From NCBI RefSeq assembly GCF_009914755.1, contig NC_060926.1: DNA of 64,000 nt. One strand, given 5' to 3'. The position numbers and the translations under genes are program-made. Positions within the stretch are counted from its first letter, which is position 1. Every line of letters starts with the position of its first letter. Below the pieces are notes generated by a model. That model did not search any database, was not told the DNA's origin, and saw nothing but the letters and a program-made list of their open reading frames with translations. This DNA comes from the human T2T-CHM13v2.0 reference genome, Homo sapiens. This document shows, piece after piece, positions 28,351 through 43,015 of this stretch.

Positions 28351-29105
28351 CTCTTCTTTTAAAATCTAATTATGTATTTGTTATCTCTTACATTTTTCCT
28401 ATCTTTTTTTTTTCTGATTATGGCCCAAAAGGGGAAGATTTCTGCCCATGCTCATGTTACTATCTTGAAATTATTTCTTTTCAGACTCTCTAGTTCAGGA
28501 AAAAGGTCCCCTGCCACATCAAGTGGCCACGGAGGAGCTTGGGCCTGTGATGTCCCCTCCCTTCTGCCTAAATGACCACCTGGAGGCAGCAGGTTACATA
28601 CGTGGAGGATGCAGGCGGGGATGGGCAGAGGCAGACTGGTCAGTTTCCAGGGCACACTTCGGGGGCATACAAGGGACAAAAATGTGACGGTGGCTCAGGA
28701 GGGCACCAAAGATGGCCAAAAGCTTCTGCTTTTAAGGTGGCAGTAGGAGGCAGTTAATGGAAAAATAGAAACCAATCAAGCTACGTCTGCCACCAATGAA
28801 AATGAATTATTATTTATTCAACAAAATATAAGCTTTTTAAGAAAAAGAAAATAGCAAACGCTCAACCCACTTGCTAAGTTCCGTTGGGGTATAATGGCAT
28901 CAGCTCTGAGTGCCAACTTACCTTGGCAAGGTGGTTGCACGCCCTGAGGATATGTACACCTTCTCCGCTGCTGGCCAGCTAGATGACCTTGAGCAAGCCA
29001 CCCACCCTTCTGAACTTCGTCTATTTGGAAAATACAGACATTAATACCTCATAGTTTGTAATGAGGCCTTAGAGTCCACATATTAATCGTTCAGAACACA
29101 GCTCA

Positions 29106-29504
<399 letters not shown>

Positions 29505-29560
29505 TCAGCAGCCTGGAACTAAAGAGGAAGAAAGCAAGAAGCTTCAGGAGATTGAACAGT

Positions 29561-29681
29561 AGGAAGGAAGGAAGGAAGGAAGGAAGGAAGGAAGGAAGGA
29601 AGGAAGGAAGGAAGGAAGGAAAGAAGGGAGGGAGGGAGGGAGGGAGGGAGGGAGGGAGGGAGGGAGGGAGGGGGAGAGGGA
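29561..29681. repeat. (GGAA)n(GGGA)n microsatellite
   Basis: Seen directly. Confidence 0.95.
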
Positions 29682-29899
29682 AGCATATGAGAAAGCGAGG
29701 CTAGGAGTCTTGGAGTCATCCTTGACTCATCTCTTATTGTAGTCATTGCCAGTACTCACAGCTCTCAGACAACAGTGAGGAAACAAGTTATTTTCAACAT
29801 TTCAGGAAGCTAAATGGAAACCATGCACACAACAAGGTTTCAAAGTTAATTGAGGATCAAGATTTTCTGCTGTTGTCTGGTAAGTTATCAATTCTGATT

Positions 29900-30530
29900 T
29901 TTTTAAACCTGATTACAGGCATCCACAAAAAAATATGCAACTAACATCATGTTTAATGTTGAAAGACTAAATGCTATCCTCTGGGATTGGGAGCAAGGAA
30001 AGGGTATCCACTCTCATCACTCCTGTGTACTTAAAAAAAAAAAGAAATAAAACATATGTTCACACAAAAGTCTGTATGCAAATGTTTATAGTGGCTTTAT
30101 TTATAATTCACCCCAACTGGAAACAACCTAACATGACCTTCAGCTGGTGAATGAATAAGCAAACCATGGTACATCCATACAATGAATTACTAGACAGCAA
30201 AAAAAGAAACTGGTGATATAGGCAACAACCTGATGAATCTCAAATGCACTGTGCTTAGTGAAAGAAGCCAGGCCCAAAGGACTACATACTGTATGATTCA
30301 ATGTTGTGACATACTGGAAAAGGTAAAATTATAGGAACAAATCAGTAGTTGTCAGGGTCTAGTGGCTAGGGAAAGAATTGACTACAAAAGGACAGCAAGG
30401 GGGAATTTTGGGGGGAATTGGAACTGTTCTGTATCTCAAAGATGGGCATGATTGATTACATGATTATGCCAAAATTCATTCATCAAAAATGTAAATTTTT
30501 ATGTATGTAGATAGATTTTATTTTAAGTGA
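29900..30530 (+). mobile_element. Old L1M fragments (degraded ORF2 piece and 3' region)
   Basis: aacatatgttcacacaaaa..ctgtatgcaaatgtttatag..gctttatt...aactggaaacaacc...agtgaaagaagccag...tacatactgtatgattc. Confidence 0.75.
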
Positions 30531-30822
30531 ATAAAAGGAACAGGCAACTTGGAAGCAAAAGAGCAGGAGCCGGGCCAGGCCTGCGGCTAGATTCAGAAAT
30601 AGGGTTAGAGGGAATGATCGAGGGGAATGACCCAGGCAGCCACAGCTCTGGAGAGACGGCTGCAGGTGGACAAAAAGCAGGTGGAAGCGCCCAGCAGGAC
30701 CTTGACCAGACAGGCAATGGGAACATAAAAGACAGCAACAGATTGCAACATCATGTCCATGGGCTCCCAAACCTGATATCTCAGAATCACTTCCAGAGCT
30801 GATTGGAAAGACAGATTCCATT

Positions 30823-30947
30823 GCTAAGCATAGTGGCCTGCACCTGTAGTTCCAGCTACTCCAGAGGGCTTGAACCCAGGAGGTTGAGGCTGCAGTGAGC
30901 TATGATCGCACCACAGCGCTCCAGACTGGGTGACAGAATGAGACAAG
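30823..30947 (+). mobile_element. Alu right-arm fragment
   Basis: cacctgtagttccagctact...gaggctgcagtgagctatgatcgcacc...gggtgacaga. Confidence 0.8.
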
Positions 30948-30951
30948 TCAG

Positions 30952-31084
30952 AATGAAAGAAAGGAAGAAACAAAGAAAGAGAGAGGGGGAAAGAAAGAAA
31001 GAGAGAGAGAAAGAAAGAGAGAGAGAGAAAGAAATAGAGAGGGGGAAAGAAAGAAAGAGAGAAAGAAAGAGAGAGAAAGAAAGA

Positions 31085-31115
<31 letters not shown>

Positions 31116-31487
31116 AAGAAAGAAAGAGAGAAAGAAAGAAAGAGAGAGAGAAAGAAAGAAAGAGAGAGAGAAAGAAAAGGAAGGAAGGAAGGAGAAAGAG
31201 CAAAAGAGACAGAGGGAAGGAAGGAAGGAAGGAAGGAAGGGAGGGAGGGAGGGAGGGAAGAGGGAGAGAAGGTGAGAAGGAGGGAGAGAGGGAGGGAAGA
31301 GGGAGAGAAGGTGAGAAGGAAGGAGGGAGGGAGGAAAGAAGGAAGGAGGGGAGGGAGGAAAGAAGGAAGGAGGGGAGGGAGGAAGGAAGGAAGGAGGGGA
31401 GGGAGGAAGGAAGGAAGGAAAGAAGGAAAGAAGGAAGGAAGGAGGGAGGGAGGGAGGGAGGGAAGAAGGGAAAGAAAGAAAGGAAGG
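30952..31487. repeat. ~535-bp polypurine (GAAA/GAGA/GGAA/GGGA) tract
   Basis: Almost purely A/G on the + strand; grown out of an Alu tail. Confidence 0.95.
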
Positions 31488-34400
31488 CAGATTTCTACTG
31501 AGGCTGCCTCTTTATTCCCCTCTTTATTCCCCTCAGAGAGGTCATTTAACCTCTCTGATCTCTGTGGTTGCTGTAGGGACTAAAGGACACAATCCTTGGG
31601 AAAGTGCTTGGCACAGAACTTTTCAGCTTGCTATGGGGAGTGCCAGCCACCGGCAACAGGTGTGACTGCAGGGGAAAGCCCCGTGCAGGTGAGAGAAAGG
31701 GGCCAGAATGAGAAGGGCTTTGTAAGGCTGGGACCACTATGTTGGGTCTGCTATGGAGGGGGGAGCTCAGGAGTAGGCAGGGCAGATTTGAACATGGGAA
31801 GGGGAAAGCTGCTGCTGGAAGCAGTGGCCCATGCCCAGGTGCATGGAGAAGAGAGCCTGGAAGCCTCTCTTGGTCCCTCTAGGCTGGCAGAGGCAGGGCC
31901 CCACATTGGCAGTGGTGTGAACAATTTCCCCTCATCATGGGGCTGCTCATGGCTGTGAAACATGGGATGACACTAGATTTGGTCATTAAGTAAATAGGAT
32001 AAAGAAATAATTGGAAAATGGATCCCTGCCTGGAAGGAGTGGAATTGTTCCTGGGGCTATTGTTGTCCGGCATCCTGCTTTCTGAGTAATCTCCCGAGCC
32101 AGGCAAGGAAGGATGTCAGGCTTAGGGCTGATGAGAAACTTACACTTGAAAAGAGCTCAAAATTACCCATGACAATGGAAAAGCCTTTGTATCCTGAACA
32201 GAGAGAGGAAAAAGACTCTGAATCTTCTCTGGGGCGGGAGGAGAGGGAAGATAGGAGGGCAGTCTCGAGTCACAGAATGCCAAACCCAGGACCCCTGTGT
32301 CTTTCCAAGTTGGGGGCACTGGCCAGGGAAGGATCCTGGTTCTTCCGGTGTCTGGGATGATGAGGCTGGTCCTCAGGCAGTGGGAGGCTGGAGGAGGGGG
32401 AATGTGTGAAGACCACATGCTTTCGCCTGCAAGAGCATCCATCCATGTCTTGGTCACTGCAATTTACATCCTCCCATTCAACCCTCAGCACACCCACCAA
32501 ACCAAGCTCCTCCTTGCACCTTGATGGGCAGAAAGTTGGAGTGATGATTATCTAAGACAGAGCCCTGAGGTGAAGAACTGGTTTTCTGGTGGAGGGGGTG
32601 AGGGGAGGATGGAGGGAGCCATCCCTTCCCTGTCCCCGCAAATCCTTCAGCAAAAAATCCATAGTGTTGAGTCAAAATGCCAATCAGATGTGCCTCTCAG
32701 CAGCTTCAGGCCTGGACTTTGACCTCAGCCCCAACCCCCACCCCCACAGGCACTCAGCCTAAGCTCCCATTCTGCACCCTCCCCACCCTGGTTTGCAAAA
32801 TGCATCAAAGCAGAAGCTGTGCTTTTGCCTTTCCTTGTAACTTCTTGTCTGCAAGCTGTATTAGATGCTTGCTGGTGTTTAAAACATTTTCTATTTCTCT
32901 AAAAAAACAAGTTGGGGCACCCCAAAATGAAGCCTCCCAAGTTCGGTCAAACATGCAAGATTGCCACTCAATTTCTCCATTCTAGATGAGAATAGCGAGT
33001 CCCAAAGGCTCGTGGGTGTCTGCGGCGTTGCACTCACTTAACTCACTTGTTCAAAATACAGGTGCCAGGGCCTCCCCCCCGAGCCACAGAACCTAAATCC
33101 CCAGAATCAATAACTTTCTTTAAATAACTAGATGCTTGATTTAAAGGGAAAACTCTATTTAAAGTGCTGTATCCCTCCTTAAAGACAGATTGTCCTACAC
33201 GAAGCAGCTACATGCAAAATGAATTATAGGAGTGTCCTTGGTTTTACAAAAAATGAAAAACATTGCAATTCTCCAAACATGATAAGAAAGGAATTTTTTT
33301 GTTAAACTCTGAGAGCAAAACAATTTACTAGAAGATACAGATGCAAGTTGAGTAAGCAAGCCAATAATGGAGAAAGGAGGAATTTTTACAGAAGCAGTTT
33401 TTCCTCACCCCATCTGCATTTCATGTCTATTAAAACACATGTCATGCAACGAAAAAATCAAAGCAGTATGGTTGGGTACACACATTAGTGGCTTTCTGTA
33501 TGGTTAGTGAGATGAAAGGACAGAGAAAGCTATGCTGGAGTCATCAGGACATGGTAGAGCCCTCTTGTGAGCTGCTGGAACACATCAGTTGCACGTACGT
33601 TCTCTTGCTGGTGCAGCCCATCCGGTCAGAATCTGTCGCTCACAGTAGCTGTTACTGAATACTGTCTGCTTCTTAGCTGAAACCTTACCGTAGGACCATC
33701 CGGCCCTGCTCCTTTCCCGTTAACATGTAAGTTGTTCTCAGACCCTACCTTTTCCCTTGGTTTCTCATGGACCGTGGCCAGGACTTGGGTGTCCACAGCC
33801 ACACCCACAAAAGAAGTGCCTGTTCCACCCAGGACCTCTGGGTTAAATGACCTCTCTGAGGCCACACAGGATCTACAGCACAAACTCAGCTCAGATTATA
33901 AAACTTGCACTCTGAACGACTGCCCTAGCCAGCCCCACCAAGGCCATGAGGGGCCTCCCAGAGCCAAGTGCGACGGCTTCTCTTGGCCTCTGCCTCCTTG
34001 ACCTGCAAGCAATATTTGACCCCACTTCCCTTCCCGTCTCACACCCTCCTGACCTCCTCAGCTCTCCTTTCTGGTCTCTCTTCCCCTCTCCTCACACCTC
34101 CAATTGGATCTTCAGCCTTCCTCTCCTCTCACTCCACATTTTTCAGCTGGATTCCTGTGGTTTTCACTCTTATCTCTCCCTATGCCTGCCAAATCTGTGT
34201 GTTCAGCTGTCCGAACTTCTCAGCTCTACATGTGTGTTTGCAAAGGCTTCACCATCCTCCCCACACTTCCTCTACCAGAGGCTGCACCATGGGTCACTGG
34301 GCCTCAATCTTCCTGCCCACTCAGGTAGAGGCTCTAGGGTCAGCTTTGCCTCCTGCCGGATGCTGCACTGCTGGAATCAGCTGCCCACACTTCTCTCCTT

Positions 34401-35432
34401 TTGTATGGTGTCCTCACTGAAACTTGGGCGGTGTCCCTTGGAGTGCCTTGAGAGCTGATGATTGCCACCCTCTCTAAGAGCCTACAGACCCCTGATGGAT
34501 ATGTGTCCTGGAGCCCCTCACACAAGCCCAGCCCTCTGTGTTAGCTAGACAGTCAAGTGGGTGCACACAGGGCTAGCACCACCGCGGCTCAGAAGCCACC
34601 TTCCCCTGGAAGCCACTCCTTATATCTGGGCACTTTCTCCTCTGGACTACCCTTGCATTGTGTTGTTCTATAGGAGGTGCTGGAGACAGTGATAAGAACC
34701 CATGGCCCCTGCCCTCAAGAAGTTCTCCAGTTTTATTGGTGGGAGCAAACAAATAAACAGACAGACATGGAGGAAATGCATCAGGTCGGGTTTGCATGCA
34801 GGAAGTTGTCACTTGCGAGGGAATGACAGAAGCAAAAGTGGGCAGAGGGAGAAGTTAAACCAAGGTGCAGTCCCACCAGAGGCCTCAGAAGAACCCATGA
34901 GAAGCTCTGAAACTGGATGGGCTTTCAGAGTTGTACCAAATGGAGGCAAGAGGGCTGGCCTCTACCCCTGTCTCATCCACTAGAATGTGGGCTGCTCCCA
35001 GAGAGGGTGTGAGTGAGTTGGGGCAATACATCTGCCTTCAGTGGAAAGCAATTAATTCCCAGAGAGGGTTGCAGCCATTGCTCCTCCAGCAGCCAGGGAT
35101 ATGAGTACCTGTGTGCAGATGGGGACCTGGGCAACATGCCACAGCATCCATGACACGGCACAGACAGGGATGCCCAAAGTGGGGGCTGGCCAAGTCAAAG
35201 ATGGGGGAAGTAATGAGGTGATCATCAGATCTTCCCATTTCACCTGGGCATTGACCTACATGTAGGTGTTTTTCAAGTGGACAATCTTTAGTTCCCTCTG
35301 CTCCTCATCATACAAGTATACCAGCAATGGCTAATGTTATCTTTGCACTTGCTACATGCCCAGCTGTGTCTTAGCTCTTCACATGCATAGCTTATTTAAT
35401 ATTCACAAGAACCCTACGAATTAAGTAATACT

Positions 35433-36056
<624 letters not shown>

Positions 36057-37127
36057 CTATTGCCCCTGTCTTAATGTAAATGGAACATGAGGCTTAGAGA
36101 GGTAAAATGACTCAAGGTCACACAGTAAGTCAAAGGCTGAGCTATCTCTGCCCTTTCTTCTTCCTGGTGTACACCTTTCACCCTGCAAAGCTCAGTGCCT
36201 ACCTTACTTGCTCTATCAAACCTTCCCCATTTCCCTCAGAAAGACCAAGTCCCCCTCCTGGTCTCTAGAGAACAAGCTGCCCTGGACCACACACCTTGGC
36301 TTCCAGCCCCTTCACCATCCTAGACGAGGTCACCTAGAAGGTTCCATCCAGACTGTGAATGTCCCTCTTTAACTACAGTCTCCAGTGAACCCACAACCTC
36401 AGGGACATATGACCTTGGAGGGTTAAGTGGGATTTCATTTCCCTGACTCTGGACCTGGGCTTTGCTAGCACACCTCTCCCACTATGATAGCATTCGCTTA
36501 AGGCAGCTGAGCCCCGTCAGGGGCTCCCTGAGCTTGTGGTCAGCTCAAGCCATCACATCTTTCTCATCTGTGCTCTGGGAAGCTGCCTCTGCTTGGTCTA
36601 CACAGCTGAGACAATGGAGCCTGGGTGGGCTCAGGGGCCCCTTCTGCTGGGAACCTGCTTTGAAACAACATATCCATTGCATTCACTGGAGGAGCATCAG
36701 AAGTAGACGGTAATTTGTGTTTTTTCTTCACTGGATGCCCTAGGGTGGGTTCCCCCGAAGCAGACCCTGAGATGAGCATTTATGCAACTGATCGAGGATG
36801 TGCCCAGGAGAACCGGATAAGGGACTCAGAGTTGGAGGGAAGATACTAAGAAAATCATGCTCCAGGCAAAGTCCCAGCCTCGGCTTGATATAAATTACAC
36901 TGACTTGAGGCAAGGGAGCTGGGCTCTCACACCCCGGCTCCAGTCAGCCACTGTTTCAGGGCTGCCCCAGGAGGACACCAGCTCCCAGCACTCTTGCCGT
37001 CTGTGCATGCATTCAGCACACTGGCACCCCCTCAAAGGCCAGCCATTTAAGAGGGGCACAGGTGCTGGGGCCACAAAGCACCCAGAGCCCAGTGATGGGT
37101 GCACAGGCACTGTAAAAGTGATATGAG

Positions 37128-37479
<352 letters not shown>

Positions 37480-38425
37480 TTACCAAGAAGGTACCAAGCC
37501 GTTGTTCCCTCAGGTTGTTCCTCATTCCATGTTGCTCAGCCAGCCAAAATCAGAAGCTGCCAAGCCACCTGGGGAAACAAGGCACCCACCGAAGCTCTTG
37601 TTTTCAAAAGTTTGAGCTAATTAAAGTTGATGGAGCTGGATTTCCCCTGAAGGAAAGGATACCAATGTTTGGGAAGGTTAGGATTCAGAGAAAGAAGCAT
37701 TTGAAGTCTTCCCCAGGGCCTAGAAATTAAAGTCTAGAGATTTGGGAGGGTCTCTAGAAGGGCAGGAACGCAGGCCTTCACCTGAACCACTTCCTAAGCA
37801 GATAGCCAACCTCATATGGGAGATTCCTAAAGGGGCTGACATCAAATCCTGAGACTCCATAGTGAAGACCCCAAGCTGCAGCCTCGCCTGGAAGAATAGG
37901 AACTTACCAGAGTATCCAATGACAGGAGAAGTCCAGAGGGCTCTACCCTGAATGTTCACCATGGATAAGTCCTGCCCCAAACCTGACAGATACAGATTTC
38001 TCATCTATCTTGACAAATGGGAACTTGCAGCCAGTTTAATTTGCCTCAAAGAAAATAAAATAATGTGACATTCCTTCACCCCCAGCAAGAACTAATCCCT
38101 TTCTCCAGTGCTCCTACAGCAGGGAGGACATTTCCCTGATATTGATTTTTCATGACTGTCCTTCCTCCCTAGGAGACCCTGATCTCCTTAGGGAAGAGGT
38201 GGTGCTTTTTAAACCATTTCTGCAGCCCAGGTGCCTATCAAGGCCCCAGCATCCAGTGGGTCTCAATAAATGAGACCTATCATAATTAACATTCCCCTAC
38301 CTCAGCACATGACTCATCAAAGTATTACATGTTGTTTGCACTTCTCTACCCCCTCCCCCTTCCCATCACCTCAAAGCTCTCCAAGCACACATGAGCCACT
38401 GCTCATAAATGTTGCATGAAAGAAG

Positions 38426-38485
38426 GGATGGATGGATGGATGGATGGATGGATGGATGGATGGATGGATGAATGGATGGATGGAT
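38426..38485. repeat. (GGAT)n microsatellite
   Basis: Seen directly. Confidence 0.95.
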
Positions 38486-38919
38486 AGACAGACAGATGGC
38501 CTGATGGATGAGGCTGGTGAGCAAGTGAAAGAGTGCTTGTTTTAGAATAAGCTATTTAGGCCACTGCCATTTCCTGTTGGCTGAGCAATGAGCATGCCAC
38601 AGGGCCAATCAGCTCTAAATGCAAGGCGGTGCATGGCCAGAGGAAAGTTCCTGCTGTCTCTCCTTCACCCTGACAGCCATGGCCCCAAGGGCTAACAGAG
38701 GCCCTTGAGACCAATTCTGCCATCAGGAAGGAAAAGCCCTGCCAAAATATTTGCATTCAGAAAGTTAGCATTTATAACACAGTCAGAGAACTATGAAATA
38801 TCTTCCAGGCCAAGCACTGGGCAATGCCATGTTGGTGGGTTCTGATGAGCCCTGGGAAACTTACTTGCACCTTTTCAGCCCCTAACCCTATTACACAGGC
38901 CCCTGCATGGAACAAATGC

Positions 38920-39800
<881 letters not shown>

Positions 39801-40125
39801 TTTTAATATTAATTTAAAAAAATAATAATATCCCCATCCACCCAGCCAGGTGCCATAGTATCTGACATTCTGCCAATAGGGAGTCACAAGGTTGAAGTCT
39901 TAGATTGAACATTGTTTCAACATCATTTCTCACTGGAAGCTCTTTATAATGCAAGCCTTACTAGAACTGGTTTAAGTGTGATCCAACCTATCAGACCAAC
40001 TTTCCTCTTTCGGGCATACAAAAAACTTCACTGGGCATTGACTTTGTCCTACACACTTGCCCAGGCACTGGAGAGACAGGGAGAACAGGGCTGACCTCAC
40101 AGTCAGCCAGGTGGACAGCTGCACG

Positions 40126-40431
40126 CACAGAGTGGTGGCAGTGCACAGGGAGTGGTGGCTCTGCACATGGACTGTGGGCCCTGCATGGGACTAGTGGCAC
40201 TGTGTACAGAATGATGGCCCTGTACAAGGAGTGGCAGCCCTGCATAGGGACCTATGGCCCTGCACAGGGAGTCGTGGCCTTGCATGAGGCCGGTGGCGGC
40301 CCTGCACGGGACTGATGGCACTGCACAGAGAGTGTGGCCCTGCACAAGGAGTGGTGGCCCTGCATAGGGACTTATGGCCCTGCACAGGGAGTTGTGGCCC
40401 TGCAAAAGGAGTGGTGGCCCTGCACAGGGAC
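40126..40431. repeat. Degenerate ~20-bp minisatellite, ~15 copies, consensus CACAGGGAGTGGTGGCCCTG
   Basis: tggccctgcaca recurs at ~20-bp spacing. Confidence 0.9.
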
Positions 40432-41299
40432 AGGGCAGATATACCCTGACATTTGAGGAGACTGAGGCAAGGATATAAGTGGGAGAGAGTTAGAATTTCG
40501 AATTCTCAGACTCCTTGGGTTTCATGCTGGAACACGCTGGCATGAGAGAACCAGGCCTTGGCCTGTGGCCCAGCTCCCTCCTCTTCCCACCTCCTGCCCT
40601 GTCCCACCCCATCAGGGGCTTGCACACACACACACAGACCCTTCAGCCCTCAGAGCCAAGCTCCTTGCACACAGACTCTTTCCACAGTCAGCGCCCTTAG
40701 CTCCTGTCAAGCCTCCAGGTACACACAAACCTGCGTCTCTGCTCGCCTGCACAAGGAAGGACCCAGCCAAGTGTCCCAATAGGGCCTGGAAGCGATCTTG
40801 ATGCCATCCGGGCAGAAAATCCCAGGTGGAGTACAGCCGGATAAAGACAGCCCAGGTTTCAGGTTGGCATGTTCCTCCGGTTCTGCAGATCCCTCGGGCC
40901 CTGGAGAAGGAGATGGCCAGAGGAGGATAGCAAGGCCTTCCAAAGTGCAGTCCCGGGTCACAGCCCGCCTGCCTGGATCTAAGGACAGTGTCGCTGAGGC
41001 TGTGGCAGTGGGAGGTTCCAAGACACGGTGAAGGCCTGAAGGAGGGGGTGGCCCTTGCTAAGACCTGTGGCCAGCTGACAGGGCTCCCCAGCACTCTGTC
41101 AGTAAGGCCCTTCCAGGAAGAGGGAGTGGCTGGACAAGAGGCTGTGTGTGGAAGGCAAAGGGGAGAAGGGAGAGAGAGGGCTGGTAACCCAATTCCTCTT
41201 CCTGCCTCCCTACACTTCAGCATCACCCTGTTCACGCCCCTTGCAGATCTCCCACAGCACTCCCTGTGTACACCTTTGCTGCTCAAAGGGTCTACACAA

Positions 41300-41719
<420 letters not shown>

Positions 41720-41866
41720 TAAAGGGTGATCTAAGATCAGCAGCATGGCCTCGGAAATTGGAAATGCAGACCCTCTGGCCCCACCTCAGAACCACTGAAT
41801 TAGAATTTGTATTTGGATAAAAGTCTCAGGTGAGTTCTGCAAACTTTGTAATTTGAGAAGCACTGG
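41720..41866. mobile_element. MER5-type hAT element
   Basis: gaaatgcaga..ctctggccccacc..agaaccactgaattagaa...tttgagaagcactg. Confidence 0.7.
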
Positions 41867-42476
41867 TCTACACCACACTCCAGCACCTTAACGCAGCTCC
41901 ATTTAGCAGTGGTGGACATTGCATCATGCAGTGCATGGTTCCTTCTTGAGTGCAGCTTATGGAAGGAGGGGGAGTGACAGGACTGAACTTATTGTTCAAA
42001 TCCCCTTGTGGTCTTGGGGTTCTTGGTTGCTCACTGCAGAGTTTATAGGTGAAATGAGCAGCTGTCCTCACCTCTCCAGCACCCTTGGAATGGAAGAGGC
42101 TGCCCTGAGCTGGGCTGCCATCTCCTGGGTCCTCAGTCTCAAGCCGCTTTCTGATGTCAGTGAGCTCTTTGAAGTCAGGTCCGCATCCTACACAGGGTAG
42201 GTACAGGGGGCCGGGAAGGCATAGAATACACATTAGGTTGGATCTAGCATCTGATCCACCTCCCCATGTTTCACGAATGGGCCAGTGGGTGAGTCTTAGG
42301 GAGGGCTAGGCCCTGCCTCTTAGAGGAAGGCTTAAAAGGCCCCAACCTACTCTTCTTGGCCTGGTCAGCTGGAGGCAGGCAGATGCCCCAAGTTCAGACA
42401 GTCAGATACTCCCACCAGGGATTTGGGTCTATGGTGAGTGACATCTAGAAGCAGGGCCAGCCAGAAGTCCTTCTTG

Positions 42477-43015
42477 GGGCTGGGCACAGTGACTCGTGCC
42501 TGTAATCCCAGCACTTTGAGGGGCTAAGGCAGGAGGATTGCTTGAAGCTAGGAGTTTGAGACCAGCCTGGACAACATAGCAAGACCCTCATCTCCACAAA
42601 AGTAAAAATAATAATAATAATAACCAGCCATATTAGAGCATTCCTATAGTTCCAGCAACTCAAGAGGCTGAGGTGGGAGGATCACTGGAGCCCACGAGGT
42701 CAAGGCTGCAGTGAGCTACGATTGCCCTCCTACAGCCCAGCAATTGCACACCTAACCCCACATACACATAATCAAATAGAGATTATACATTCACGATTGA
42801 AGCCAAAGTGTTATGACACAAAACTTACCCTTAGGACATGTCATAAGATCTGATGTTTTATATTTTTATTCTTTTTTGTTAAAGAAAGAGCTTGTTGATC
42901 CAACCCTCTAATAAAGCTGAAAGCCAACATTTGCAAACACTGGCAGGTGGCTGCGTGTCAGGGTGAGGTGTCACTGAACAGGGTGATAAAGCAAGATCTT
43001 GTCTCTAAAATAAAT
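42477..43015 (+). mobile_element. AluJ split near its 3' end by a 232-bp foreign insert
   Basis: The Alu runs to ...gagctacgattgcc..cccagc (42741) and resumes at ~42980 as gggtgataaagcaagatcttgtctct plus an A-rich tail. Confidence 0.85.

Noticed and set aside
30856-31583. 199-aa K/E/R-rich ORF and its antisense ORFs
   Set aside because: Arise from an Alu tail polypurine tract that lacks stop codons.
40126-40431. CRISPR-like or metal-response-element array
   Set aside because: Eukaryotic context with no spacers; the repeated tgcacag does not match the MRE core TGCRCNC.
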